A DNA stretch of 64,000 nt from Piromyces finnis finn (GCA_002104945.1 MCFH01000020.1:620001-684000); one strand, 5' to 3'. Counted from the stretch's first letter, positions 14,766 through 29,177 are shown. Translations and numbers: made by a program. Notes: generated by a model not told the origin, from the letters alone.

Positions 14766-15712
14766 TTTTTTTTCTATAAAGCATGTAATTTATTAATAAA
14801 ATTAAAATAAAAAAGTGTAAAAATTTTTATGGTAAAAATAGATTTAAATTTTTTTACTTTAAATATTTTGTACTACTATATTTTGTATTTATATAACTAT
14901 AGTACTGTGTAAAATGTAGTAGTACAAAAATCATTTCATAAATTCTTTATTTGATGAACTTTATATATCTTTTCATTTTAATTAGATATTATTCATATAA
15001 TCTATTAAAAGAATATATTATATTCTTTATTATCAATAAGCAATATACATACAATATTAGTGATTATAAAAAAATTTGTGTTTTTTCAACATTTATAATT
15101 TGATTAATTACATAAAATTGGATTTTTTTTTAAAATAGATTGATTTTCTAGATACCTATAGAATTATCAAAAAATTAAATATTCTTTAATGATGTATACA
15201 CTTTTTTGATTTTTTCATCTTTAAATATATCTAATCTATTTTCTTATACACTTTTAAAAAATATTAACGTTTTTTTTTTAATCAATATAATATGAGAAAA
15301 CTTTTAATTTATTTTATAATGAGATCCTACTTTTTACAGTTACAAATAAACACAATAGAACATAAAATATTAAAATTATAACATTTAAAATTTTTATTAT
15401 TATTATAATACTTTGATGCTGTTTTTTTAATAACACACACAAAAAATAAAAATCTAAACAATTTCATATTTTTTTTTTTCTATTTTTAATATATTTATTT
15501 ACTTTTTTAATTTTATATAATCTACATTAATTTTTTTACTATAATGGTAAAAAAAAATATTAGTTATTTACAAAATCAGATATTATTTACTTTTTTATGT
15601 TTTTTTTTCTTTCCAAAACTTTTCTCTACAATTTTTTTTTTATTATTTACAATAAAAAATATTTCAAATAAATATATATCTGATTTGTGCTATTAATGAA
15701 AATTTATTTCAT

Positions 15713-16285
15713 TTAGATGGCTTGACATAAAACTTCGTACTTAATACCAACACCATCATCAACGAAGACTGGAGCTTCTTCAATATCAGCTTCTTCAGTT
15801 TGAACTTCTTCTGGAGCTTCAGTTTGAACTTCTTCTTCAACTACTTGAGTTTTAGTTTCAGCTGGTTCTTCAGCAACAGCAGTTTCGGTAGCTTCTTCAG
15901 CTGGAGCTTCTTCATTAATTTGGAAGACACCTTCATCCTTCTTGAAAAGACCAAGGTATGGGAAAACACCGAAAACCTTGCTTTCCTTGTTAACACTCAT
16001 GTAAATACCAATGTTGTTGTAGTTATCAGTGTTCCATGACTTAATCCATACATTGGCACTATTACCTTCAGAATCGGAACAAGCAGCAACAGCAGAAGCG
16101 GCATTTTCCTTGTTTTGACTGTTAACTTCAGCTAATTTACCACCATTTTCAATACAACGTTCTTCAGCCTTAGACTTGCTAGTAAGTGGAAGAAGGAAAA
16201 ATTCTTCATTCTTTTCTTCAACACACTTAGCGTTGATACCAAGGAAGGCAATAGCAGAAAGTAATAAAGCGTTAACGAATTTCAT
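15713..16285 (-). CDS. Secreted 190-aa C-type-lectin-like protein with an acidic Glu/Ala/Thr-rich insert; intronless
   Basis: Signal peptide MKFVNALLLSAIAFLGINA. CTLD-like pattern A..RC...GGKLAEV.S.N, VWIKSWNTDNY, terminal VLCQ. Many C-ending codons (ttc, aac, atc) unlike the neighbouring genes. Confidence 0.75.
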   Translation of the reverse strand: MKFVNALLLSAIAFLGINAKCVEEKNEEFFLLPLTSKSKAEERCIENGGKLAEVNSQNKENAASAVAACSDSEGNSANVWIKSWNTDNYNNIGIYMSVNKESKVFGVFPYLGLFKKDEGVFQINEEAPAEEATETAVAEEPAETKTQVVEEEVQTEAPEEVQTEEADIEEAPVFVDDGVGIKYEVLCQAI

Positions 16286-17702
16286 TTTTGATTAATTTAA
16301 TTGATTGTTAAAATATAAAATTAATAATATTTTATAAATTGATGATAAAAAAATACAATATTAAAATTTTTTTCATTTTATAAAAATTATTAAAAATTAG
16401 CTTTTTAAAATTTAAACTATAGTACTAAAAATAGACTATTACCAATAATATAATATTCGTATTAAAACGGATGGTGTATTATAATTTGTTCATTATCAAA
16501 AAAATAAAATAAAAAATAATACCTTTAAAATTATTTATTATTATAACTTCGGAGTTATTATTAAATTATATAATTATCAAAAAATTTAAAATAATAATAA
16601 AAATTATTAAAGTATATTTTATATAAAATATAAATAATAATAAAAAAAAATTACATTGTTTATATTAAAGTTAATCTTTACAATTTTTAGAGTAGTTTTT
16701 TTTTCTTTACGTATTTCCGGTCCATTCTATTTTCGTTTTTTATTTTATTTTTTTTACTATTATATTAAAACAGAATGTCAAGAAAATCTTTACTTTATTA
16801 ATCTCTCCAATAAAATTAAATGATTATTCTTTAAAATGATAATTAATCATTTTTAAGATTGCACTTTTAAAATAAAAATTTTATACTATTTTGTATTATA
16901 CTTTTAAAATTTAATAACTATGAATTGCCCGTATTTTTTAATACTAAAAATATTTTTATAATTTTCTTTTGTATTAAAATTAAATTATTTTTATTCTAAT
17001 AATTATTCCTTATTTCATTTCATTCCTTATTTTATTTTATTTTATTATTAAAAATAGGATAATATTAACTAAAGTAAAAATCTATAATTAATAAATAAAA
17101 ATTAGTATTCTAACTATAATAATATATATATATTAATATGCAGCAATTAATTTATAAACAAAAACAAACAAATAATTAAAAAAGCCATATTTTATATTAA
17201 TGCATATGTAGTTATCTATTTATAATTTTTTTTTTTTAAGAAAATAAGTTTTTAATTTATTTAAATGTAATAATAGTATTCCTTTTTCTTGAAATATCAT
17301 TTTTATATATATTATTATTTCGTTTTGATATTCCCAAAACATAATAATAAAAATTCTTTAATATATGCTCATTTGTTTTTAATATCCTTAATAAAAAAAA
17401 AATATATATATATAATTAAAAAAAAAAGATAAAGTTTAATGCTTATCACTTAAAAACAAAATCTTATTTCGTATAAAATGGTTTTTATTAACTTTTATTC
17501 ATATAATTTTTATTAATCAAATTATAATGTTATTAATAAAATAATATTAAAAAAAAAAAAAAATTAAAAACAATGTCAATAGAAATAACTTTTTAATTAT
17601 TAAACTATGTAAATATATTATAATTAATTAAATTTATAAAATATTTATTATATCTATATGATAATATGTTATTATGTAAGAGCCTTTAATGTTAAAGAGG
17701 AT

Positions 17703-19102
17703 CTATTTTAAAAGTTTAGAGATTTTTAAATAAACAGCAGCACCAACAATAATTATTATAACAAGAACTAAGACAATTAATAATAACTTTAAAATCTTTT
17801 GACTAGTGTTATATACGTATATAAATTAAAAATATTTAGTTAACATGTCTTTTTTTTTTAAAAAAAAATGATATTATTTTTTTTAACTTACTTATGTTGA
17901 ATTTGAACTAAATATCTTCCACTATTACCAATTTCATCATTTGTTTCATTTAACTATAGTAATTATTATTTATTTTTTGAAAAACATAAAGAAAATAGTT
18001 ATGATGATATTAGGAAAGTGAATAAAAAAAAAATTTTTTTTTTTGTTATAAATTAATATTTAAGCATATTTGTTTATATAGTGTTAAACTATTCTTACAT
18101 TATTGTTTATTCCCATTAATTGTTGTCTTTGTTGATGAAGTAATTGTAATGTGTCAGAACCCATAGCCTCTATAAAATTTAAAATAGGATTTAATTATTT
18201 ATTCCTTTAAAAGTGCTAATTATTATCAATATTATTATCGAAATAATAACCTGCTTCTTCGGCTAATCTTTGAGTATCTTCAAATCTAGAATTCATATTA
18301 TAAATTCTTTGTGTATTATATAATAGACGAGTACGTTGGTCCATATCAGTAATGCTATAATCAATATTTTCAGAACTATCACCAAGTAATTGTGTTCTTT
18401 CATTTACTCTTATATTTTGTTTTTCCTGGTTCTATTTAAATATAATAAATCCAATTCATTATATCGTTATCGGTTATTATTTAATGGAATTTTTTATTAC
18501 AAATAATATATTTAAATATATATATAATATATATTAAAAGATTTAATATTATTAAAATTCTGTATTAAAAAATATTATAAATATTATAGTATCATTTAAT
18601 ATACCAAAAGAGATTTGAATCTAATAATGTTATTTTTAGCATTTTTAATTTTAATATTAATTTCATTATTATTTTCATTTTTTGCTTCCGCTTTCATTTT
18701 ACTGACCTTTTTACCATTATATTATTTATATTAATTTGTATATTAATTAATAAAATTTAAAATAAAATTTCTCTTTATTTTTTTTAATTGTACAAAAAAA
18801 AAAAAAATAAATGTTAAAAAAATATATTAATAATAATGTAACAATTTGTTATTTTACAATTTCTTCAGCTTCTGCAACATAATCTTCAGCTCTATTTAAT
18901 AATTGCTTCTTTTTTTCTTTTTTAAGAAAATGAAAATATGTAGATATATAATTGAAATCAAATTAATACATTTATTTCTATTAATAAATCTATATTAAGA
19001 TAGTTTAAATTTACCGCCAGTAACATTGTGAATATTTCTTGATATAATAGCTGAAATTTCTTGGAAAAGAATTTTTAATTCTTCTTCATCATTTCTGGAC
19101 AT
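17703..19102 (-). CDS. VTI1: Vti1-like Qb-SNARE with C-terminal transmembrane anchor, multi-exon
   Basis: Exons read MSRNDEEELK..., DQRTRLLYNTQRI...RFEDTQRLAEEAEAMGSDTLQLLHQQRQQL...LNETNDEIGNSGRYL, then TM LLLIVLVLVIIIIVGAAVYL and a stop. Not in the ORF track because the exons are short. Confidence 0.72.
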
Positions 19103-19360
19103 TGTTGTGTATATATTTATTTAAAAAGAAATTACTTTTGTTTGTCTATTAGTATTTAAATTTAATTTTATTTATTTTAGTTTAATTTAGGTTTTCTTTT
19201 TTAAGAGCTTTAGGCAATAATTATAAAGGAATTTTTGAAAATTCTAATTTGAAATGTCTGGATTTTATACTTGATTTTTATTTTTTATAATTATAAAAAT
19301 TTCAAAATATGCATATACATTTATATATTTTATTTTTTTTTATTTAACTGTTTCTTTTTT

Positions 19361-19407
<47 letters not shown>

Positions 19408-19778
19408 ATCTTAATAAATTATCGCTTTAATTAAAATTATTTTATTTATATTTTCATTATTAAGATTTTTATATTTTTATATTTTTATATTTTTATATTT
19501 TTATATTTTTTAATATTTCCTCTATGATAAACAAAAATAGTTTAAATGAGATTCAAATATATAGTACGATTGCAATATGAATGCGCTTTTAATTTTATTT
19601 CATTTTTAAAAATTATTTTTTTTTTCTTTATATTTTTTTTTTAAATGAGAAAAAAAATTTTTTTTTTCTTTTTTTCATTTCTTTTTTTTTTTGAAAAAAA
19701 AACTTCAATCTTTTACCTGATTTTAATTAATAATAAATTAAAATATTTATTTTTTTTTAATAAATTAAAATTAATATA

Positions 19779-19815
<37 letters not shown>

Positions 19816-19879
19816 AATTACATTTTAATCCTAAAAGAAAATTATTATTTTAACTTTTCAACTCGTTAAAAAACGAGTC

Positions 19880-19922
<43 letters not shown>

Positions 19923-20279
19923 TATCTATATATATCTATATATATAATGGAAAGCTCTTTTAATTTTTTTATATTTTTTTTTATTATTATTTTTTTTTAT
20001 TTGTTTAATTTATTCATTCATATTCTCATTTTTATTATAAATATTTCTTTTGTCAAAATATTTTTTTTTTTTATTATTAAATGAATAAATAAAATTATCT
20101 TCTAACTTGTTTATAATTGCATTTATTATTATTTTTTTTTATTTAGATTATATAAAAAATATATATTTATTAATTGTTTAAATTATGATATGATTGTTAT
20201 AATTTTTGAATATTTGCTTTTTAGTTTTTTATTTTTATTTTTATTTTTTTTTTTAAAAAAAAAATCTAATTATGTTAAC

Positions 20280-22743
20280 TTATAATTCATCCTTTATTCC
20301 AGAATCAACCTTGGAGAAATTATTTTTGATAACTGTACAATTCATATAAAATTAAATAAATAATTAGTAAAAATATAATTTTAAAAAATAATAATAAAAA
20401 AAAATTATAATTTACCTTCTCTTTGTTCATCGGAAAGTTCAGTTGGGAATACAACAACATATTCAATGAATAATTTTCCTTGTTCACTTGGGAATTCATG
20501 AAGTGGCATACCTTCATCATAGATTTCTTGAACAAAACCTTAATATTAAAAATATTAAGAATATATTAATCATTAAAGAAATAAATATTAATACTAATGA
20601 TTTAGCAAGACATAACAAAAGGTGTATTTCTATTTTTCTTATTTATGTTATTGCTATACAAGCTATTAATACTTAATATTAATTTTTACCTGGTGGGGTA
20701 ATGCCCTTGCGTTCTAATTCAACAATATGACCGTCTAAGTGATGAATTTCTTTTTTGAAACCAAGTAAGGCATCAGATAAAGTAATAGCTATCTTAGCAT
20801 ATAAATTATCACCCTTACGAGTAAATAATGGATGTGGAACAGTCTTAATAGTGAAAATTAAATCACCTGGAGTAACTTCTGGATGTTGATCACCTTCTCT
20901 TTCAAAGACAATACGATGACCATCATTCATACCCTTTTCAATAGTAATAGAAATTGGTTCACCACCGCTTTGAACTCTTTCACCATGACAATGTGGACAC
21001 TTCTTCTTAATTGTCTTACCCTTACCACCACAAGCATCACAACTTTATTATTAATTGATATTTCGTTATTGAGTAAAAATAATGTTTGATTTAATTATTT
21101 TCATTAATATTGAAGATTTTTTTTTTCATTTATATTATATATAGTATTTTTATATTAAATATTATATAATATAATATTTAAATCAAAAAAAAAAAAAATA
21201 TTATTAATATTTGAGTTGACATGAATGAAAAATTTTTTACTGTCTTAATAGATTACTTTTAATTTTATAATAATTTCAGTGATACATACACAGTTTGAAC
21301 TTGTTGGAAGATACCTGGACCTAACATTTGACGAACCATCTTCTTACCGGAACCATTACAAGAAGGACAAATATGAACATCATCTTGAGAAGCGGCACCA
21401 GAACCACGACAGTAAGAACAGATAACTTGCTTTTTAACATCAGCCTTTTTATTTTAAAAAATTGATAATGATAAAAAAATAAAAAAAAGATTTTTATACA
21501 TAAATTTACAATAACATTTGTTATTAATAAGCTTAAAATAGTTACTATTTTTAATAATACGTAGTATTAATTATTTAAAATTACATCAATATAAGCTCCC
21601 ATATATAAATCTTCAAGAGAAACTTCTAAATCAATATTGATTTCTGGACCCTTTCTTTCTTGGTGACGAGCTATTTTATTATTTGAATATAATTATCAAT
21701 AAAATTTTTAGTGTTATGCTGTTATTATTATTTAATATAGCTTTTAACATTAAATTCGATAATTACGTTCACCACCGGTGTTGAAACCAAATCTGAATTA
21801 ATTTTTGATAATATAAAAATAAATATAATAGAAAATATTAACATGTTAATACAACAACAATTTTTTAAATTATAATTTTATAAAAAAAGTAAATAAGAAT
21901 TTAAATTTTTTAAAATTTTTAGGTAAAAAAAAATTATCATTTTGACATGAATATTCAAAGTATTTGAATTTATCTAATTTTTATAAATATAAATATACTA
22001 TGTTTTGTAATGTTTATATTTATTTTTTTTTTAAATGATATTTCAATTTAAAATTTGAAAAATGTTATAAATAAAGGAATAAATTACTGTCTGAAAATAT
22101 CAAATGGATCATTGAATTGTTGGTCACCATGTTTTAAACCTTCTTCACCATATTGATCATAAATACGTCTTTGTTCGTCATCTGATAAAACTTCATAAGC
22201 TATATATTTTTAATTTATAATAAAAAAAAATTAACAACATTTATTAAAAATAAACATTAAAATAAAATTTTTTTTTAAAAATTTTAATTATACAAAGTAT
22301 TTTCCTATATTGCTGATATTAATTTATATTTATTTTTCTTTGTTAATACTACTAATATAATGCTTATTAGAAATATACCTTTAGCTAATTCAATGAATTT
22401 TTCTTCAGCTTTCTTATCTCCTGGATTTTTATCTGGGTGATATTTTCTATATTGATGTTTTAAGAGTAATGAATATGTTGATTTAATTAAAAAATGGAAC
22501 ATAATTTATTTTTCTGTTTTTTTTTTTTTTTTTTTTTGTTGTTGTTGAAATTTAATAATGCTTATTTTTTGATAATATCAATTAAAATTCTAACCTAGAT
22601 AAAGTTTTGTATGCTTTTCTAATTTGCTTTTTTGAAGCACTTCTGTCAATACCGAGAATTTCGTAATAATCTTTAGCATTAACAAGGCTTATTAATAATA
22701 TTTGAAATACTAAAAGTATAAATAATTTTGTTATTCTATTCAT
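20280..22743 (-). CDS. SCJ1: ER-luminal type I J-protein (Scj1-like DnaJ), multi-exon
   Basis: Signal peptide, DYYEILG...[11 protein letters not shown]-domain, CxxCxGxG zinc repeats ([31 protein letters not shown]), DnaJ_C ([12 protein letters not shown]), C-terminal KDEL then TAA. Confidence 0.93.
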
Positions 22744-23950
22744 TTTGGTTTTTATATATGTTTTTCTTTTTTTAAAAAAAAAATAATATAGGTATAATTT
22801 TTGTTTGTTATTTTCTTATTATATTATTATTCCTTTTCTATTTTTTTTTTTTACAATTTTTTTAAAATTATTTTTATTTATAACATTATAATAATAAATG
22901 TTTTTTTTTTTTTTTTAATAATAATATTTTATATATTAATATATTAATGTAATATAGATATAAATAAAAGAAGGAAAAAAAAAAAAAGTTAGTAATTAAA
23001 TCAATTTAAGATGGTATTTCCACAAATAATAGAATAATATTAAAATTAAAATAAATAATAATATATTTCTTTTTTATTATTGACAATAATTAGTTGTTAA
23101 AAGGTTTACCTTTTTCTTATAATAAAATAACTTTTTTTTTTTTTTTAAAAAAAGGTTTTCCTACAAAAAAAGATTTTTATGTCTATTTTAAAAAGAAATT
23201 AAAATATTTATTTGGGTGGTGTGTGTTTTATGGTTTTTTTTTTATTTTTTATTTTTTTATTATTTTTTAATTATGATTATTTAATAAAGAAGGTGGTGAT
23301 CTAAAAATTTTTTTATATTAAATTTTAAATGGAATCCCAGTAGTCAAATTAATAAACTTTAATATTATTATTTTTTTATTTAATACGAATGAATGATTTT
23401 ATTATTTAATGTAAAGGTTTAGGCGCTCTTAAAAAAATACATGTTTTTAAAATTTTATTGGTTAATTAAGATTTAAAAATTTATAGGATTCTATAATATA
23501 TTAATAAAATTAATAAAATATTAAAGAAACTATTTATAAAAGAACGATGAACGATATAACTATTATATATTTATAAAAAAAAAGATAGGATTAAGATAAA
23601 AAAGAAGGAATGTTATATTTATTATTGATTTTATAATAAATAGTAGTATAAACGATTTTTTTTTTTACCTTTATTCTTTTCATTTAATGATATATTTATG
23701 TTACATAAAAAAATTAAGATTAATTTTAAAGAATTCTAAATATATTACAATATAATTGAATATATTAGAGATTATATTATTTTAAATTTCAAGAGAAAAT
23801 ACATAATGTAATTAGAAATGTAGATTAAAATGTAATTAAAGAAAAAATACAATATTAGAATTCATCGTCACTATTCCATAAAATTAATTCAACCCTCCCA
23901 TTTTTAGAATAGAATATATATTGGTAGACTATAATTTAAAATAAAAAATA

Positions 23951-24654
23951 ATGGATGAAGAAGAAAAGAAATTAAAAAGTAGTCATCACCACCATCGACA
24001 TAATAGAAGCAGAAGTAGAAGTAGAGGAAGAAGTAGAGATAGAAACGAAAAAAGAAATAAAGAGTTAAGAGGAAGAAGCAAAAGTCGTAGTCCAAGTCAT
24101 AGTAAAAGTAGAAATAGAAGTTATAGTAGTGATAGTCGTTCAGACGTAGAAGAAAGGTTTTCAAGACATAAAAGTCACCATAAAAGAAAACATAGAAATA
24201 AAAGAAGTAGAAGTAGAAGCGATAGTGAAAGCGACAGCGACAGTGATTGTAAATTTTATTGAATTATAACATATTTAACATATTTAAATTATTTTTGTTT
24301 AATAATAAAATTATTTAAAACTAAATTGTAAAATTTATATCAAAATTTATAATTGTGAATATATCAAAAAATATATATAGATTCTTCAGATTCTAGTAAT
24401 AGTTCAGTCCATAGTCATCATCACAGTAAATATCAATAAATTACAAATGAAAAAAAAAAAAAAAGTAATAAATTGAGTATTATTCAAATCAATTAATTTA
24501 ATTTATTTCCCAATACTTAAAAAAGATAAACATAAACATCACAAAAAAAGAAAAAGTAGAAAACATAAAAGTTATTCTAGCGATAGTGACTCCTCTTCCA
24601 GTTCAGAAGGTATTTTTAAATATTAATACAATTTAAAGTCTTTATTTGATAGGG

Positions 24655-24721
<67 letters not shown>

Positions 24722-25377
24722 GCTGTTGTTGCTGTTGTTGTTGTTGCTGTTGTTGTTGTTGCTGTTGTTGTTGTTGTTGTTGTTTCCAAGGCACAAACTA
24801 TAGATGTTAACTCTAAATATTTATATATATATTATATGAATATATTTAATTTTTACAAATTATAAATATATTATGAAATGGTGCGGAAACCATGACTCCA
24901 TGTCGAAATGAAAAAAAAAAAAAAAATAAAAATTTTAAAGATTCTTCAAGAAGAAAGAGAAGAAAGTCTAAACATAAAAAAAAGGTTTGTAATATTAAAT
25001 CATAGTATTGATAAAAAAAATAATTATATAAAATATTAATTATTGTAGTTTTTACAATTATTAATATTATGTATTTAATTTTATAGAAGAGAAGAAATGA
25101 CAGTAGCGATGATTCTAGTTCCGACACTAATGAATACAGAAGAAGTGCTATCACAGGAAAAATTATAAAATTAAAGGTATTTTTTCAATAGTAAAAATAT
25201 TATATTTTTTTGTTCAATTGTTATCTTTTTATTATTAAAAAAAAAAAAAGAGTATTAAAAGTAATATTAAAATATTTTTTCTTTTAATATTTATAGGTAA
25301 AGAAAACATCCGATGATAAAATACGTGATAAAAATAGAGGTGATTTACTAAAATTCTTAAATCAATCTTATGATTAA
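23951..25377 (+). CDS. Arg/Ser/His/Lys-rich low-complexity protein, probably nuclear; function unknown
   Basis: Exon 1 has RSRSRSRGRSR and HHHH. Further short GT-AG exons end in RRSAITGKIIKLKVKKTSDDKIRDKNRGDLLKFLNQSYD*, an ordered-looking C-terminal motif. Confidence 0.7.
24661..24783. repeat. Compound (TTA)n-(TTG/CTG)n microsatellite inside an intron of the RS-rich gene
   Basis: Direct reading of the sequence. Confidence 0.9.
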
Positions 25378-25619
25378 AATATATAAAATCTACTATTTTA
25401 TAATATAAATAATAAATATTTATTAATGTAATAGAATTAGTATTTTTTTTTTTTTTTTTTTTTTTTTTATAAATATATTTAAATAGTTGTGTGTAAAATA
25501 AAATTAATTTTTATTTTAATAATCACTTATATGATGATCATTATCATTTAAAATAAAAATGTACTTTTCCATTTAATTTGTAATAATAAAAATACTAAAT
25601 AGAAATATTTATATATGCA

Positions 25620-25652
<33 letters not shown>

Positions 25653-25993
25653 GATTTTGTTTTGTTTTTGTTTTTGTTTATTTTAATTTTTATAGATTGA
25701 AAAAGAATTTTATGTTATTATATAATACATTGTATGGTGAATGATATTTATTATCACCATTATTATAGATCTTCAAAAGTGTAAAAGTAAATAAATAAAT
25801 ATTTTTCTCTAAAAATATATATATATTTTTTTTTTCATAGTGTATCAAAATAAAATTGTATTTTTTTTTTTTTTTTTTTGTCTATTGAATAAATATATAT
25901 TTTAGAATTTTTATTATTATTATTATGTTGAAATTAAGAATTTAAAGGATAAAATAAAAAGAAAATTTTTGATGCGATCTATGATCATTTTCA

Positions 25994-27538
25994 TTATAAT
26001 TTATAGTATCTAACAAATGAGTAGGCGGATGAACCTAACAATACTAAAAATATACCAAAACCATTTAAATGTGTAATTGGATTCTTGAAAATGATAACGG
26101 AAAGAACTGTTTGAACACATGCTTTTGCTGTACCAGAAATTGTATTTGTAAGTGGAGTAGTAAATTTAATTTGTAAAAAGGTAGATATATTAATTAAAAA
26201 TCCAGTGACACCAGTAATTGTCATAACAACCCAGAAAGATGATTCCCTAAGGAAAGAAACTTTTTTAATTTCTCCAATTTCACCAGAGAACATAACAATT
26301 GGTACAAGTAAAAGAATAGCTAATGTAGTATTGTAATGTAATAAACGCCTAATTTTCAATTTACAACAATTTTTTAATATATATAAGCATTATTTTGAAA
26401 TGAGATAGTAATGTAAAATATTAACCAACATTTAAAAATAATTAATTTACGAAATATATATATATAATAATAATTATAATAAAATTAAATTATTTATTAT
26501 TTGTTAATAATAATTATTTATTCGGCTTACCATTCATTATTATCAACAACTTGGAGCTTCTTTTTAACGTAAATACCATATAAAGCAACAAATATACTTG
26601 AGCAGACACCAAATACTAAACCAAGGAATGAAAAGTGTGATTCACCATACGATCCCATTATAAATCCAATGAAAACAATACAGCAAGCATAAATTGCATT
26701 TCTTGATGTTTTATTGTGAAGAACAAAGTATGTGAGAACAATATTAAATATAATTGTTAAAGATCTTGCAACCTATATTTAATATTATGTTATTCGTATA
26801 GAATTTATTAAAGAAATCAAAAAATTAATATTATCTAATTATTTAATTCTATTTTAAATCATATTTCTATTATATGTATTACTTGATAGAATGAAACTTC
26901 TACAAAATTTAAACATAAATTATTGAATGTTAACATAGCAACATAAATAGCAGTTAAAGGTAAAATTCTCATTGCAATAGAAAATTTGAATTCAAATGGT
27001 GGAACAATTTTGAATACTCTTTTGTATAAATTACATAATAAGAAAAATAAAGATTTGATTAATTATTTTGATTATTAATTTAATTTTCATTTATCATCAT
27101 TATTATTAGTATTATTATTAAGAACATATACTTTAAATATCCACAAATTATTAAAAGAATGAAAGCAACTAAAAGTTGATACCTATAATAATATAAAAAA
27201 TTATTTTTAATTTATAAATGAATAATTTTAACTTTTACAATGTTTATATTAGTATTATTAACCTACCATGTAACAAATAATGGATATGGGAATTCAAAAT
27301 CCGCATATGAAAAGATATATTTATTTAAAAAAACCACTGACATGGAACATACCCAGTAAAATCCAATAACCGCAGTAATAATTAGGACATCTTTTTTATC
27401 AAGTCTTTTATTACTATCATTATTTATAGAAGATTTTGGAATATGATTTACTGGAAGTAAAGGTTTTTTACTCTTGTCATCATCATCTTCATAATTTTTT
27501 ACTGGTTCTAATTCAATTTTGACTTCTGTACCGCTCAT
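25994..27538 (-). CDS. GDP-fucose transporter-like nucleotide-sugar transporter (SLC35C1 type), multi-exon
   Basis: FYWVCSMSVVFLNKY, PYPLFVTWFQ, FNNLCLNFVEVSFYQVARSLT, QIKFTTPLTNTISGTAKACVQT are typical of SLC35C1/FUCT1. Confidence 0.85.
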
Positions 27539-29177
27539 AATTTTTTTCTTATTTTAATGTTTATTATGTATGTATGCTTTTTTTTTTTTTTAATAAAATT
27601 AAATAATTCATAATTTAAGAATATACATATATAAAAGTTATATTAAAATGTATTTTTATATATTTTAAAAAATTATTGAGTTTATATTTTTAAAATCGTT
27701 TTTTTTTTTTTTTTTCTCTTTGTCTAAACAAATAAACTGAAAATTGAAATTTGAGAAATTATACTATTATGATTAAAAAATTCATTTATATTGATATACC
27801 TTTAATAGTTAATTAAATATATATGATATATATGTCGAATAAAATACATATATTATTATTATTTAATTTGTTTGCTTTATATATGATATATTTTTATTAG
27901 TATTTAATACTCCACAAAATTAAAAAGAAAAATGTTTCTTTTGTATTACAAACTTTTGTTTTTTTCCTTTTTCTTTTCCTTTTTTTTTTTAAAAAGGTAA
28001 TTTTCTTGTAAATTTTTTATTTCCTGAACTCTTTATTATTTATGTTTTTATTTTTTTTTTTTTTTAGTAATGTTCTATTTTTTATTTTTTTTCTTTTTCT
28101 TTTCTAGTTATTTATAAAATGTGCTTTCTATATAATTTAACTTTTAAATATATTATTTCTTTGTAATAATAGAAAATTAATAGTGTTGTCTGATTTATTG
28201 ATTCAATTTCATTTCCAAAACCATTACTTTATTTTTGTTTTCGTTTGATTTAATGATTTTATTTTTGAAAAAATTAAGTATTTATTTTACTATAGGTAGG
28301 ATTAATTTTTTTTTTTATAATTTTTAATTAATAGGGTAAACATAAATAAATTGAATGAATTGAATAATATATTAATTAATTAATTTGTGTATAGATGATA
28401 CATTTCACTATAAATTTATTATTTTTAAAAATAATAATAATGAAAATAATGAAAATAATTTTAGCAGCAAGTTTAAAGTATAAATATTAAACATATTAAA
28501 AATGAATATTTATTTAATTACTTTGCCTTTTTTTTTTCAATAATCCATTATTATTTTAAGGTTTCTATGAATAAGAAATTTTAGAGTTTTATTGAAAATC
28601 TATATAAATAATAGCTATAGAATAAACTATAAAGATATCTAAAATGTATAACAATAATAAAATTTATCATGTTATGTTCTGTTTTTGATTAAAAAAAAAT
28701 TCATTAATATACTTTTACAAGAAAAAAAAAAAAAAGAAGTATTTATTATATAATGTTTTTTTTATACTTGGTAATAAAAAAATATTAATTTATAAAAGAA
28801 GTAGTTTTTCCTTTGCAAGTAATTGTAATGGTATAAATCAATATTCTATAAATATTCTATTCTTAAATTATTATTAATAAAATAAATTATTATGGATGTT
28901 AAGTATTATTAGAGTTTTATTATTTCTAAGTATTTTATACAATATATACAATATATAAAATATATTTGAAGCTTTAAATTCATATAAAACTAAACATAAT
29001 CACATATCATTTTTATTTTAAACACTTTATACTGATATATTGAAGAATGGATTATTTTATATTAAAATTAAAAATTTGATTAATTTTAATAGGTTCATTT
29101 TTTTTATTGATTTATTAAAATATTTTTTTTTTTTTTTTTTTTAAAGTATCCTCGTTAAAATAAAAATAAAAAAAAAA

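Noticed and set aside
19861-19878. Short palindrome actcgtt-aaaa-aacgagt
   Set aside because: A 7-bp stem can arise by chance in 64 kb; no second copy was seen.
20280-22743. SCJ1 J-protein as co-chaperone of the Hsp70 pair
   Set aside because: It is ER-luminal (signal peptide plus KDEL) and over 22 kb away, while the two Hsp70-fold proteins have no signal peptide; proximity is probably coincidental.
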